Notes: a model not told the origin generated them from the sequence alone. 64,000 nucleotides of DNA from Ascidiella aspersa (GCA_963924565.1 OZ004615.1:20088001-20152000), one strand, 5' to 3'; positions 1-15,780 are shown, numbered from the stretch's first letter. Numbers and translations: made by a program.

Positions 1-1520
1 AAATTTTGCTGCCAGGCCACGTTTTCCCGCCATATTTCGACCCTTAGCAAAAAAGGAGCACATTTCCTCCAAAACTGCCCAAATCTTGGTGCCGAAAAAA
101 GGCACATCGGCGTGTCGTTGAGCTGGTCAGTCTTTGGTAGTTTCGACTCGGTCTGACGAGCTAAGCCTTCGGTTCGCACCTGCTAAGCCACTGCAAGAAT
201 GCGGAACGCAAATACGCCGCTCGTTCACGTCACGCATATATACGTCACGCCCACGCAACCCCCGACTTTTCTTCGTTTTTGCACCCTACCACCACCACCA
301 GTCGGGTTGGCTCAATACCGAGCGCCCCTCTAAGATTAATTATGGTCAAAGTTTAACTAACAAGCAAAATTGATAAAATTAAAACGCTTAAAAGCTATTT
401 TTATTTCAGGTTGCAGCTTGCAGCAACATGTTTTTTTAGGCTATAAACTTGCTTTAGTTTAATTACCTCTAATTGTCGTTGCAAAGCCATTTCGAATCAA
501 GAAGGTTGGAAGATTTAATCACGGCATCAGCGTAGCTATGTTTGTTTTTAAAACACACCTTGCAATCTTGTTTATTTCTCTATACTGGGCATTTCAAGGT
601 AATTGTCAGATACATCGCACTATGTCTAACCATTTATATTTAGTTGATCTTAATTACACAAGTGAAGTCACTAAAGTTATTGGATGTTTTTTGCGACTTG
701 GCTAAATTGTATTTTCTACGGGTTAGTTTAATAGGGGTAAAATGTATGTCATACAAAACTGTGATTCATCCACCTAAATCTGTTAAAAAATTGTATTATG
801 TTGTTTTAATTGTTCTAAACTTGACTGTATATGCTTGATGTCTTTTTAAACTGACAAATGTGAATATCGCTTTTCCATTCGCATTTAATGATTTTGAAAT
901 TTTGTATACATTTGCCTTAATATGCACAGTCTAGGCCCTATAGTTGAATGCCTCCTAATTTGCCCTAATTTTTTAGTATGTGGCTATTAGTTAGTTAAAT
1001 AAAGTCCTAACCTTATGTCGCGTCTTTGTAAAAGGGAGTTTAACTCGGAAACCCAAGCACTGTGTATTTATTAAACAGTCGGTTAAACGTTTATCCCCGA
1101 TGACCAGAGTGCAAATCGGCATAAACGAGGTTTAAGCTCTTTGTACCATCGCGGCTCAACTTTGTTTAAACTTTATAATCGCGTTGTAATTTTAGAACGC
1201 AGAAGGCGTAAAATAGTTAAATTGCGTAAAAGCTGTCCCCAGACAGACCACAAAAGAAGCAAACCAATTTTACCTCTGTAAGTTAACCACAAAAAAAATG
1301 TATACTACCTCACTGTGTGAGATCCAAATGTTATGTCGTGAACGCAGCTTAATATTCCAGTAAAAAATAAGTTAACCGAACTTTGGTAAATATAAACACA
1401 AGCTTCATAATTCCAGTCGAAGAAAAAGTATCCTTAATCAGGAAGGTACAAAAATTCACTAAAATTTACTTTTTGAAGACTGATTCTTAGGCAACTCTTA
1501 GCAATACTTTTCCTGTAAAC

Positions 1521-1600
1521 CAGGGGTTCTTAACCCTTTTTGTATGTTTTACCCTTTTAACAAAGATGAATATCAGATTTACCTCAATATATAAGGTGCT
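1521..1600 (+). mobile_element. Truncated hAT MITE left end
   Basis: Starts CAGGGGTTCTTAAC, like the TIR of the 42913 element; no matching right end found. Confidence 0.45.
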
Positions 1601-4600
1601 CATTTATTAAAAAATGAAAGTAACAAATTCGATCAGTTATATTCAATGCGAAAATTGCCCTTGCTTTTTGGCAACGACAAATTAAGGAGCTAAGAAACAA
1701 GGATGTTGCCAATAAACTAAAAATGTTCTAATTAACGAAGCATGGCTCAGAATTTCTAAATTTTAAGATCAGTTAAGAAAAACCATTTTTGTTACATCTA
1801 TAAGTGCTCACAATTTGACTATTAACATATACACAATTGGATATTTAAAATCCATCCGCCTTTGTCTAAAACGTATAAAAGGTCACCAATATATCTCAAT
1901 TGGCCTTGGAAGAAATAGGTTCGCTGCCCCATGCTCGTGTACCACGTGGCATTATCAAACGCTTTAGCCAAAGCAGAAAGGCCCTTTAAAATCTTGCCAC
2001 TCAGCTATAGGCGAAGGGTTCTGCCTGCTCTTGGCGTTTGAAACGTCCCCAACGTTCCGCGCATATTTGGTCGCGCAAGGGCCGATTGCCAAGAGCTCGT
2101 CGGTTTGAGCAAGGGCTCGTTTAGCCGCTGAAGAGCAGCTCGTTATGGGCAACGCGGCGTGCTTGAAAACAGTTGCGAGATTGCCGTTCGGAAAAAGGAT
2201 GTTTTTTTATGGTTGTATACGGCAGGGGTTGCTTTTTAGCTTTGTTTTTGCGCCTTTTCGTACAAATCTGGCTCAAATTTTGAACAGAATTTGAGCAAGA
2301 TGCAGCAAATAAGGGTAGATAATGGGATTTGCAATTGAATCGTGTTATTGCGACAGTACCGATTTAGACTCGCTCTGTTTTCGCGCCAATCACTTGCTAA
2401 TCAGCCTCGAAATGTGCTAAGAATTGGAATCAAAACAAACGAGCGTATAAATGACGCTTAAGGAATCTGTATTCATTTAGGCGTTATTTTTGTTACACTA
2501 TATCAAGTATACCGAGTATATATCCTAGCCTGAAACAAAGAATGCTCGCCCTGTTTTTTGTACCAATTTCTGACTGATCAGGGTGGACAGGTATTTCGAA
2601 ATTACAACAAAACCAGTATGTAACATATAAGGTTTTAGTATGTGATTTGCATTCGTATTTCACAATTGCCTTCATTCCGGACAACACCGAGTATATAGCC
2701 TTAAACAATTTAGACTAAATTTTATAATAATCAGGCACCAAATGTACATCAATTTAAAACCAAAACGGTAGGCAGTAAACGGTAGCCTACGGGGGCTCTA
2801 TTTCTATTCATTTCATTATTACCGAGTATAACTTGAAGTAATATACGCACAGCGGTCATAGATGATAATTTAAGATAAGCGAAAATTAGACTCAGTATCA
2901 AAATCTGCTGCTACAAAGGTTCTCGTTTTTTAGACGAGCAGTTAGTTGTTGTTGACTTCTAGTTGCACACCCAGGATCTACGTGAGTCTTGGGGTCCAAG
3001 GGAGCTCAGAGACTTTCTGCTCGATTTAGCGCGATCGCATGTCAGCCACAAAGGCCGAATCAAGGTTAAGCGCTTTCGCGTTGTTTTCTGAAGAGAGCCG
3101 TTTCTTGCAGTTTAGGGTGAACAATTATTCAGCCAGGCAATGAGGCAACTGTCAAATCGCAAAACCGGCCCGCATAGCATTGGCTTGACGTCGGTGCTTT
3201 CTCTTTACACTGCTTAAAGAACTCAGATATCAGACTATTTATTTTGTCATCCCCATATCATGTGATACTAGTGTAGGGGGTGACATTTCTACGAATACAG
3301 GAGTAGCTCTTGTAGTGTAAGCACTTATGTTACTGCTATGACGTCATTTGTCTACTTGGTTTTCTTCAAAAGTTTTTTTGTTCGAATATGGTTATTTGAT
3401 GCAGGTAGATATTTTTTGAACCGTTGCTCGAACATATTTATACGACTAAAAATAAATATTTGTACAAGAAGTTTGATCAATCGGTGTAAAATTTGATTTC
3501 AAACAATAAATAGGTAGCCTATAGCAAGTTATATCTTACGTAATTTGAAAAATACCAGACGTTAAGAAGAAAGGTTTTGCTAGCATTTTTTCGACATTAA
3601 ACAGTCTGGATGCTTAGTTTGAATTTTCTCTTTCGTGCTATTATAAAAATATTTGAAAATTGATAGTAAAAAACGTGGGAGAAATACCTAGAGACCAGCT
3701 GGAAACAAATATTTAAATTTGGTAATCTCATATACGTCTGAACGTAAATCGTGGCTGTTTAAGCTATGACGCCTTGAATGTAAGTGAGTTGAGTCAGGCC
3801 ATTACCGGAAAAGGTTAACAATAAAATTTGAAGGCAGTTGTCGCAATTTGAAGTCAAGCTTGGTGCTTTCAAACATGTCTGGAAATTTTTTACTCTGGTC
3901 TTTGGTCACGACTCTTACGTCAAAGTTTGTAATTTATTTTTACAATCAGAAATTACCTTTTGGTCATTTATTTATTTGCCCTGGATGTCTGGCAGTTCTC
4001 CTTATAAGGCGTATTTTTTAAACGCCCAAACAAAGGTAGTCGTTGTGCTGTAAATTTCCTGAATAATTTAATAGTAACAACATAATAGTTTTGACCTTTT
4101 ATCTGTTGCCACAAGGATGTGTCAAATTGTTGAAATGCTGAGTAGATATGGTCGTCGAAACAAAGCATTAATTTAGGTTTGGGAATGTTGTAAAGCGAGG
4201 TGGTGGCGCTTCGAGTGATTCGCGCGTTGTGACACATTCGCCAAACATTATCTTCTGATTGCTGTAAATTTCATACATTTTTCCGACTACCTTATGTAAC
4301 TAGCATTCCTGCGTCTCGCCATCCAATGGAAAAATACGACTTGATTGTGCCTTCGTACATTCAGCTGATCGTTTTATGTTTTGTTACTTGATGACGCGGT
4401 CCAGTTCCGTTTTTTTTTTATACTGTTCGATTTTTAGTTCCGGCTGCGGAGTCGATTTAAAACAACTCGAGTCCAACTCCTGAGTTTGAATACGTTCGAG
4501 AAAGTAACCTTAAGGACAACTCCGGCCTAAAAAGTAAGTCGAATACTCGAAACACCTCTTTTTCACCAACCCAAGTGACTAAATCAGAGTATAGGTGTAT

Positions 4601-6788
4601 ACAGTAATCCTTATGCAACGAAAATATTTAACCCTATATGCTGTCATACCTTAATAATTTACTGTCCCGAGTGGCGATCGTCAACTGACCGTTTTGCGTA
4701 TAGTCACTTAAACACGCGACCGAGTTCCTTACTTTTTTTTATAATTTTTATTTACCGCTGCGGCTGCGGAGACCTCGTGAACTTGGCGCGCTGAGATTTT
4801 AAGAGTGTATTATCTACAAAAGTTGTGCCGCTCAGAAACTGATTATTTTAGACATACCTTACTATTTCTTCACCATGCAACAAACACACTTTTAGCAAAA
4901 ATGTTGTTAAAATATTATCACCTAACAGCTCTGTCACAAGCTATACAAATACTATTGACCGTTCGAGTACACGTTTCAGTGTTACACCATTTACCTTCAG
5001 TAACCTAGGCATGGGAAAGTGAGTAAAAAACACCACGGAAAATAAACTTGCTTGTAAACTTGCCAGGTGAACCTAGTATCCAACGAAAATTGTCTAGCAA
5101 CTGTTTTTTGTATTCATCCTTGGTAAACCAGAGAATTTGTCGCTGTTTTGTTGTTGTCGACTAGTTGTAGTGGCTCTTCCGTTTGCTTGGAGTGCCCGGC
5201 GACGCCGGTGGTGCTCGGTAATGTCGCGCCGCAATATAACTGGCACCTGTCGTCCTGCCCGTGAACTGCGAGACGGGAACGTTGTAATTTGGCCACAACG
5301 TGTTGCCGGTGGAGGTTCGCGGCACATGAGATGCAGTTAGAATTGCGCCAAAACGCTGTGTCTATAAACTTACACAGGTCTATATCAATAGGCCACTGGT
5401 ATCTGGTCCTTGAGAGTAAATAAAAATAAAGCCAATTTACTGAGAGTAATTTGCAGACAAATAACATACATGAACAACAAATAAATGATCTTGCGTATCT
5501 TCACCGTGCTATACCTCTTTTATGTTTTAAGTGAACGTTTCCATAGGATGATATACCAGTATGTGTTTTATATGTTTGCTCCCCTAAAGAAAGGCTTTTT
5601 TTTAAGTCAGAGGTGTTCTTTGTTCAATTCAGATGTTTAACTTAGAAAAGGTGTCTTCGTTCAACTTAGAAAGGTGTTCTTCGTTTAACTTATTAGATGT
5701 TACATAAATTATTTGTGTGATGTGGTGCCAACATGTAAAATAGGCTTGAATACCCTCTGAACATGGGCCATTTGGTATATTTGCACAAAAAATTTAAAAT
5801 CTTTTAAAAAAATTAAATTTTTCGCTTACTAAAATCTTAAAATTTTACAACTTAAAATGCAGTATTCGCCTTTAAAATGTCTTTTTAAACATTGGGATAG
5901 CAAGTACAGTTACAAAAGCAAGCAAAGTTCCAACGGCTGATATACGAAATATTTACTTTTAAATCACCGGGAAAGTGTCCAATGTTTCAAAACCCAACAG
6001 GTGTCTAATTTGAAATCGAGGAGAAACTCCCCGGATCGCAAAACGTTGACTGATGAATCGCCGGGGCGGACTTTTTGCGTTCAACTTTCACGCACGCGCG
6101 CAATCGTGCGTGACCGCCGGACGCGGCTCTGACGTAACGACGACGTATCGATCTTCGTGGAGCCGCGCGTTTGTTACATGTGATGCTGATCCAGGTACGA
6201 CTGAGGATTTTCCGGTTGTTTTCATGTCGATGGGAAACAGGCTTTCGCGCTGATGCCTTTTCCGATACGCGGCTTCAGCCTACGCAATCGCTTGCGCTCG
6301 GGTGTTGACATTCACAACAGCGCTTTATTAAATTGCTGTTAAACCAGTTATGAGTCGAAAACAAAAGCGTTGATATATGGCTGTGAGGTTGCCTTTCTTA
6401 TCACTTTCCCAGCATATTTCTGCTGTTTCGCCCTTGAGAAGCTAAAGATCCCCTTGCTTACAGTAATAATTTCAAAAGAGGCAGGATCTTGATTGGTTTA
6501 AAGGGTGTACTTTTTCCACCCCTTATATGATGTATTGATGGGATTTCCTATTTACCAGTTTATTCCGATAACGATACTCTATATTTTGAACACCAAGGAA
6601 CGCGATAGGCCTACGATCTTATACCTAATGATGTCGGTACTATACGCCTAAACAAGCAAAATCGATGACATTGAAAAGTTCAAAGATTTATTTTCAGCGT
6701 AAATAAGCGCTGAAAATACTTTTACTTTAGTAAAAGATTTACTTTAGCATAAATAAGCGACCTTATACCGGGGTAGCAATGTCGTTCA

Positions 6789-6951
6789 CAGTTTTTTTTT
6801 GTAAGGTGTTTTGGGGGACCGAAACGGTCCCCCAAATTTCTCCAGCGGTTTCCCAAATTTTGGACTTGCAACTTTTGGGTATTTAAATGAAACACTTGCG
6901 GTCTCTTAAAACTACTTAGCGGTCACCCAAACCAAACCTTAAAAAAACCTG
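6789..6951. mobile_element. Short hAT-like MITE
   Basis: Ends CAGTTTTTTTTTGTAAGG ... CCTTAAAAAAACCTG; flanking GTCGTTCA / ATCGTTCA (7/8 TSD). Confidence 0.7.
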
Positions 6952-9109
6952 ATCGTTCACATACCAAATTGAATGATTAAAAATTTAGTTTAGCGTTAAG
7001 GGGTTTAGTCATAACTTCATTTATTTAAATTTGATTTACCTTGCAAGGCAGATAATCACTACATTGAATCGCAAATCATAGGTCGAATTCTTAAATCAAG
7101 TTGGTAAGGGAACTACATTGCTACTCCGGTATGGTGGTCGTTTGGTATAAATATTTTATAGATTAGTTTTATTAGTTACGTGACACAACATCTTTGAAAG
7201 TGAGCTACATATAAACCTTCTTGCCTAGGCCTATACGCTTTTTCCCGAATTCCATAAGAGCACCTGCAGAAGTGGCAGAACGTTATTTTCCGATAGCTTT
7301 TGGACTGCGTGTGTGGCTTTATAGGCAGCTTTGGGCAGCACTTTGTCCTCGCTTGGAACACTTTCACTTAAACGCTAAACGAGCCGCACATCAAGACATT
7401 TCTTCCACCGGTGCCCCTCAGGAATATCATTAGGGACACGGCCCGTGTGACAACCTAAAGTGCTTTCAGGTTACAGCGAGTTATGCTCGTTTTAAGCTAA
7501 AAGCGCCAGTGTCCGAAAAGAAAGGATGTGACCGATGTCTGGGCAGTGTTTGGTAGTCTTTTAAAATCCCAAATAAGTTGAGCCCTTTTCATTAGCCAAG
7601 CTTCGCGTAAATCTAAACCTAGAAAGTTAAAGACTGTTCTAAGACATAGTATTGACCTACCCAGCACTAAAAATAAGTACTTTTTGTTTTGAAAGTTCAA
7701 TATAATCTGCCTGAAAACTGCATAGATATTTTTGGCAAATTTCTTGTATTTTACTGTCTTTAAAAGTAATTCACATTGTAAGTCCAACAAATGTTGATTT
7801 TAAATTTACCTTAACAAATAGCTTATTTTTAGATAATTGTCACTCGATTATGATCTGTTATGTAAAAATAAAGGCAGCTGTAAAAATCATTAGCAGTGTG
7901 GTATAATGATCTTAGCGAAAGTTTTAGTGATGAGGCGTTTTTAGTCCCGCAGAGTTATGTCACGCCTTTTGAATGTGGAGGCAGTGTGTAAACGCAAATA
8001 TGTGCCAGAGAATTATATGAATCACTTTTTGGAAAAGACGCCTATACTTTTCCTAATTGAGCATTCCAAGCGTCGAATGAATGGTATTGATTGAAGAGAC
8101 TTCCTACACTTTAGATATAGAATTATCTTTTCTCATTCATTTTCAGTCATCACTATACAATTTAATACGTTTATTTTCATTACTAAGAGGGGGTTGAATA
8201 AAGCGATTTTCATACATGTCAAACTTTGTCACAGTATCGATAACCGCAGGCGAAAACTGTTGCAACAATTTCGTAACATTTTCAGGGTGGGCGTAATTCA
8301 TTGCACACGTGTTTCGTTAGTAAAGTCGATTAACTGCCATGTTGTTTACCCAAACAAATGTTGCATCCCGTTCGCTAATAGGAGACACGTTGTTTCAAAT
8401 CCAGCAAGTGTAAACAGCTTGTTATTATAGGACAATATCCCCCGATTGCTAATAGCGCTCGCGTCTTGACATCCAATCGTCGAAATTTGTTTACACTTCA
8501 TCAATTTTGGTCAGCAGGGCTGGATGAGAAACGCCCAGCACTGTCGTAGTAATCTCGCAGTAAACACCGACACGTCGTGATTGTGTCGTCATAACGCAAT
8601 TTCGCCGCCCGCTGAATATCAGTGCCTGGTCTTTTTCGAAAGAGCTGATCGTTTTAAGTTGTAACCATGTGCCAACTGCCAGCAGCTGTAGAAATCAGGT
8701 TATTGCAAATTGCCGAATTAATTAAATTGAGGCAATTAATGGCTGCTGCTCTTTTGATGGCGAAGTTGTTGGTGGTTTTGAAGTAATTCTGGATATTAGA
8801 AGGAATGATGTAATATACCTATTACCTCAGTCAGTTAAGTTTTTGTAACTTTAGCTAAATGAGAATAGTAGTGACGTTTTTAGCCTAATTTACTTTTAAT
8901 AATCTCTTAATACGAGCTATGAAAGACAGAATGGTAAAGTGAAAACTATAATTTCGTGAAGTGAGAGATATCCGTTTTAAATTCAAATTATGCGATTTAT
9001 TTGTAAGTCATACTTTATAGGTGAGAAGAACATAGTTTAGAAATTGTATTTCTATGATTTTTACGTCTATACGAAAAGCATTGATTTTTTCAAAGAAAAA
9101 AAACAGGTT

Positions 9110-9395
9110 TCAAATAATTCAAATCCAAGTCAGGTCATTAGCAGAATGCTGAACCCTAAAGTCAAGTTGTTTCTTATAAGTAGTGTAAATTATTGCCACA
9201 ACAATAATCAGTAATAGTAAAATTTGCACCAAAAATGACTGTTAAACTTTCACATAAGTATAACTCAAACGATTTAAATTACTTGATCAAATTATGAAAA
9301 ACGAACAGTCAAGACAATTACATAAATTCTTCAAGTCCATTACTGTGTCTGTGATGCTGTTAAGTTAAGTATTTGACCCAAGTCATTACAACACT
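9110..9395 (+). mobile_element. Old, degenerate Family B copy
   Basis: ccaagtcaggtcattag..., ends cccaagtcattacaacact. Confidence 0.55.
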
Positions 9396-12300
9396 ATTTA
9401 TTTGCTCAATGGTCTTTTCTCCTCTGAAAAAGACACGCTGTCACGGTGAATATTGCGAAATCGCAACAAAAACTCACTCGAAATATGTCGGCTCGAAGTA
9501 ATTGAAAGGCGATTGTGGGGGCTGCAGTGAAAAACAACCGTTGTACGCATATGAGCCGAACTTTTAAAATTCCAGGACGTTATTTTCTAACCAGTTCAAA
9601 TTTTCTTATAAATTAGATAAAAATGTGAGCTTCTTTAGATAACAGCCTTTGCGCTGTTGCATGTTATCACTGAAACCAACCATTTTGCGCCTTTAGGCCA
9701 AAAAGTTTCCATTGAAAAGGGCAAAACGTAACATTTAAAAACAAAAAAATGCATTTACGTATAATCGAAAAACTTAGTTTTGGGGTTTTATGGCCTAGTG
9801 CCTATATGGTAATTCAGGAAAGTTTTAAATATTTTTGGTAAAGCCAAAGCCTGCAGGAATAATTTTTCACATCTATAGATAGATTAGTCAAATTTCAGGG
9901 CGTTTTTAACCCCCTGGTAGAAATCCAGGGCTTCTAAAAACGCTCTGCACACCCACGTTCGCCTAATTATAGCCTTAACACCGACGAATCGCGGTCAAGG
10001 TGGGCGCGAATCGACACAAAAGCGGTTTTGCTGTCGCGGACCTCAATGCCCGGGTTCCGTCCGATTGTTTTTCCGCCGGTGTATAAAGCCGGGCAGTCGG
10101 GCATGCTTCGTCTGCGCCAAAAAGCCTACCACATCGAGGCCACACCTGGACCGTTCCACGTCCGCACGTAATCCCCAAAGGCTTTAAAATGACCGCTGCG
10201 GCTTTGTTTTGTTTGTGTGCGCGCCTTGTTAAAAAAAATAACGGCTTTTGCAAACGCGTCCGCGCCTAGCTGTAATTGGCCACCTGGGCCGCTTAAGAAA
10301 CAAAACGACGAAGTGTCCAGCGGTTTTGGTGTAAATCAGGGGGTCGAGGACTTTCGGGGTGGCTACACGCGAGAGGTTTTAGGGGCCAGCCTTGTTTTCC
10401 CAAGGCGGGTTATTTCGGGAGATTTTGTTTATCGCGATTTCCGTTTTTCCCGGTTTGTTTCCGCGGTTTCGCTTTCAACGTTTCGCGCACGCCCATATAT
10501 TGCATTCCGTCGGGGACCATGTGAACTGGAATAGAAAGTGGTGGGTGCGCCCATAAAAAGGACAATGTGTACTTTGCTAACTATACACAGTTTGTTCTTA
10601 GCAAGCACATACTGTTAATATGTTTGCCGGTTAAACTCAAATTGGTGGTTTTTCATTAACACTTTATATAAATCTCTTGCCTTTATGCAGTTTTTCAAAA
10701 AGGTCAGCAGGGGTCTACATATTGCTAAGTGCTCATTGAAGGACAAGCCATTAAATTTAAAAACCCATATTCTAAAAAGATCCGATAAATTACGATAAGT
10801 TTAGGCATTTTTTCCCATTGCAGACGTCATCGCTTTTGTATGTAGCCCATACTTAAAGTTCAACAATTTAATATCAACACTATACAAAGCGGTCAAGAAC
10901 TAAGAGGTTTCTAGCCCCTTTTAGGGTGACTAAACCCCTTAATCGCGACAGTCACAAGTAACCACCGCTTGTACGGAAGGCATAAGCGGGCTCGACAAAG
11001 CATAGGAAACCGTTGCCGAGTTCGGCTTAAAATTGCCCGAAAAAACGCAAAAGAGAAAAAAACGTTTTTTTTGGATTGCGACTCCAATTTCGTTCTATTA
11101 CGTCGCGTGGCCAGCGAAGCGCGAAAAAGGTCGCGCGCCCATTTTGCAACTGTGGCGAACCGCGGCGGGCGAAGGCAACTCGTAGGGCGTCACAAATCAA
11201 ACAATCGACCGCCCCCCTGCACACCCCCATTCAGCAACCCCCCACGGGCCCCCGAGCGCGTAATTTCATCGGGGTCGCGAATCAGGCCCACTTGAGAAAC
11301 GCCACGGGTCTGCGAAGAAGTGCGCGGGATAAAAGTGAGATTTCGTTGTTGGGTAAGTTTTAGGGCAGTTCCCGTTGGTTAACTGTCGCCACGAATTCGA
11401 TTGCGTGACAAACAACCCTCGAGAGTAAAAAATAGAACGAATTTCGGTGTAAATTCAACGTTAATACAGGTGCTGTTTGGTGACTGGTGTACACTAGCCA
11501 GCTGTGTTGTTCGATCCGATTTTTATCTGGCTAAAAAACAGTTGGAAAAAGAGATGAACACGCTTTAAAGCCATTTTCGTGAATAAAAGCACACAGTATC
11601 GTCTATCGTCACACAGTCACACACACACACGCCCCTATTCGTCATTTCGTAACCCCCTTTAAACAGAGGGTTAGACTCTTTCTATCGGAATTCGGGCGCG
11701 GGTTCCATCTCACGGCTATCAGACACAACTCGGCAGCAAAAAAAACAGCAACACTTCACCGAAAAACAACTCTTCCACAGGTCACGCCCCCAAAGGCACG
11801 TGACCTAGCCATGATTGTGACGTCACCATCGTCGCGCGCGGCTTCAAGGGTGCACTCCACCGGGGCCGGGGTGTGGGGGGTAAAGGAATCGTTCGCGGAA
11901 CGCACAACCCCGTTTCGCGCCGTTCGAGTGCAATCGAGATTCGCTCCGCGCAGCTGTTTGTCGGCATTGGAAAGTGCTTGAACGCTAAACGGCCGGCTAA
12001 CTGGGCCACTTGAAAACAAGGCCGGCTCCTTTTATTGGTGCCCTTTTCCTGGCCCTATATGTATTCCGTTGTCCTGGTTTGTTGGTACCAAAATTGTAGA
12101 ATTGTCATTCAAAGGAGCAGTTATATCACAGATTTAAAAAGGAGCAGTTATGTCACAAGGATATGGCGAAAATGCAATTTCGTCATCCAGTTATCTGTTC
12201 TTTTTTTCCACAAAAGTCGGTTTGTGAAATGCATGTATGAAAAGTCAGGGTGATTTGGCCACGGATCGGACACTAAGGCACAAAATTATGGCTTAAAAAT

Positions 12301-15300
12301 GGGGCTGGGCCCTTTAGAATGGCCTGGGTTAAAAACGGCCCGTTGTTGATTTAACTTTGGTTGGGCGTAACCTTTTTGCGCCACTCGAATGGACGAAAAA
12401 CGTCCGATCGGCAAACAGATCGTCCAACAAGGAGAAGAGATGGCATCGCTCGCGTCAAGTCGCAAGTGCCGTAATGACTTAAGTCAACGCACGCCTGGCT
12501 GAAGTACGGGCTTGGGAGGGCGTAAAGCGTCGCACTTATACGCCCGGTTTGCGACACTCCCGAGCAATTTGTTGGCATGGCTCAGTCCTGTAATAACTGT
12601 CGCGAATTGTTCGTTTGACTGTGTGCGCGTTTAACCATTATCGCCATTATCGCCCAACGGCCATTTGACTAAAGTAGCCAAGCGCTTGTATTTCACAACG
12701 TTTAAGGGCGTCGAATTTAACTTGTTGCAAAAAACTATCATCGTTTCGCGCCAAGCTCTTAACGGCATTTCTCAATATAAGCAGTTGAAATCGCAAAAAT
12801 ATGGCAATGTTAGTTTCAAGTACGATATAAAACCTGAGAAAATGTGTGTCGAATGGAAACAGACGAAAAAAATCACTATTATTTTTTGCAGACGCTTTTA
12901 AAGTAATCAGGTCGTTTGAAGGTTACCACAGATTGCATTGAGGTTACCCTTACTTGTATTTGTCACAATACACGCTAGTAAAGCCCAGTGCCTTTGCGCT
13001 TGGGAAAATGGGGTTTTGGGAAAACCATTGGGTTCAATGTAACAAAGGTTTGCCGTCCAAAACACATAAAATAAAATATAACCTTTTTACGGGTTCTGGC
13101 GGTGACTTGTGTTATGATAAAATGTGTTTTGTGCCATAAAATAAATACCCTCAAAGAGAAAGTGCTGAATTAATGCTGCAAAGTGCCCATACCTTCTAGC
13201 GTTGTACAACTTATTTCGAAACTATAGTTCCACAAATCCCTTTAAAAATATAGTCTCTACCTATCGTGTGTTTTTAAACCGGCCTTAAAATCCCAGCTGA
13301 CCATAGTTTCAACAGCCATTGTTCGAAAATAGCGTTAAAATCCCGCACGACAAAAGGCAGCCACCGGCGTATTAGACAAGCGACCCGCTGTCGCTTCCCC
13401 TGGTCGCTTTACTGCCCGACAACTAAGGAAAACAACAAAACAAACGTCTCCCGGTTGGATGTCGCTCGCCAAGCCACAGCTCGGGGCCGAAGTTCGCCGC
13501 TTTGACAATGGCCTTCCAGCCGCGGCGCGGAATGCGAGGGCATTGTGCGCGCACAACGAAAACTTCCGTACGTCGCTCCCCCCTCGATTGTAGAAAAAAG
13601 AGGACCCGCACCCCCCTTGACGCGTGTCACTTTCAACACTTAAAGTTCGCTTTTTGACTCGTTTTTTTGTTTTGTTGCTAGTGTTATAAGGACAGCAGCG
13701 CTGAAAGAGTTAGCATTTTACCTTTTAAACAGGATAGGAGGCTACGTATTTAGTTTTTTTAAGGTTAGTCTTAGGTGACTGCTAATGAATTTCAAGCCGT
13801 ATATAGTGAGGGATTTTATAAGAAATTTGAGAGGTCTTTATTTGAAATTTGCACCATTTTTTTCTAATATTGGCTTAAAAATAATTTAAAGATTCTGTTT
13901 GATACCAAGTTGTGTAAGGCAGGGTTTACACAATCAGGTTTCACTATAGACTTTTTTGTGTGTCCTGTTAATTGGCGGGCGTCTTACGTCGGTCACGCGC
14001 AGAAACGAGTTTTATTCGGTGGCTATGACGTCACAAAGCGGCTTCGCGCGTGTTGACACAAGTGCACAGGAAGGAACGGCGGTCAGAGCCTGTGACCCGT
14101 CGATCGGCAACGATAGACGTGACCCGGGCAACGTTTGGACGCCGCAAAAGCCAGTCACTTGTTGTTTGATTTTTCTTAGAAGTCAGCGGGGTCCGACCGC
14201 CTTGGTCCTCGACACAACAGGTGTGTGCGATTGTGCGTGCCCGGGCCTGAATCTTTCCACTCTTTGCGCATTTGTCCTGTAAATAGATCGCAGCATTCCG
14301 GCGCCTATGGGCGTAGAGCTGGGACCACCAAACTTTTTTTTAATTTTTTTAAACGGCCGCTTTACTGAAAGGTCTGATCATCAGTAGCATATTTACATAG
14401 TATTGACACTGATGGCACCTATAACAGTATTAACCAATAGGAACACCGTATTGCGCCAATCAGTTAACCAATCGGAGAGCCGCTGTTTGTTTTTATACAA
14501 TCAGCTGTCTAGTGGCGTCAGTTTAGTCCTTGAACAAGGGTCACAAAAGATTAAAACATCATTCGTGAATAAATGTCCTATAGTATACAAAAGGAAGCCA
14601 ATGTTAAATCATTGTCACATGCGTCCTCGGGCCGGAAATATGTTTTCTCGAACACGATGATATTGTCATTAAACGAAGTAAATATAAAAAAAAGTAGAGG
14701 TATAACGAATACATTCGTGTTAGCGCGCCTTTCCGAAGATTTTAAGGACCATTCAAACTAGCGTATGAGTTGGTTTCTGACTTTGTTTTGCGGTTACCAA
14801 AAGTGCGGTGCTACAGTTGTAGTTGTGTGCCGTAGGCCATACTTTTCCAGCGAGCCCCACAAGAATATTGCGGCATGGTTTTGTTAACGGCGCAAGAATC
14901 TGTGCCTTTAAGGGCCTTAAATATGTACTCCTGATTAGAAAAAAATGAATAAATTTCAACACTACCTTTTGTATCGCCCAAGGGGCTTAAATGATCTATT
15001 TGTATTACACAGCCATTTAACAAAATTACAAAATCAGCTTGATTATCACTTGTGCTCTTTTCGTAGTTGAATTTCCTGTTTTGGGTAGCTAAGTTATATT
15101 TAACCTAAGAAAACAACTGATTCGCCAGTATAGTCGATTTGAAAAGCAGAGTCAACAATCATTAGCAAGTAAGCATATCCCGAAAAATATCTGGCGCACG
15201 CATTCCTAGACTGCAAAGCCGTTTCCGCTGCTAGCTGCTCGCGTTTTATGCGACACGCCGCCTATACTTCCGCCTCAATACCGGATCGATAAATAGATAA

Positions 15301-15676
15301 ATAGCAGATCATGGAGCGAGCGTGCCGCCTTCTCTTTGCGCGCACTTAAGCGCCTTATATGGCGTCAAGTTTGTTTGATTTCTATCGCGCGCTCGCCGGC
15401 CCCGCTCATGTCGCCTGTCAAACTTTTCGTGCCCAGTTCGATTGCGAGCCGAATTCAAGGCAATCGCTGTAAGGCCGGTTTTAAATGAGGCTATAGTCTG
15501 TTCACATTGCTTGTGTGCCGTTTTTGGTGAAAAGTTTGATTGCTTTTGAATACGCCACGTATATTGGCGTACGGTTTAAAAACGTCAAACGCACAACACT
15601 ATTGAATAAAACGTTTTTGATTTTTGTTTATGTATACCCAATAGTTAGTAATGTAAACCATTGGTCGAATAAGTTT

Positions 15677-15780
15677 TCGAATAAGTTCGAAACGTTCAAA
15701 ATGATACCTATACTTCTGTATGGGCTTTGGCATTCTTATTACGTCTTACTAGAACCTCCAACCATTATGCTCCTAAACCA
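15677..15780 (-). mobile_element. Family A repeat, single arm (reverse)
   Basis: aaacgttcaaaatgatacctatacttctgtatgggctttg...cctccaaccattatgctcc. Confidence 0.85.

Noticed and set aside
410-598. AG...GT-bounded 189-nt candidate exon
   Set aside because: Stops in all three frames; at most a UTR exon, unsupported
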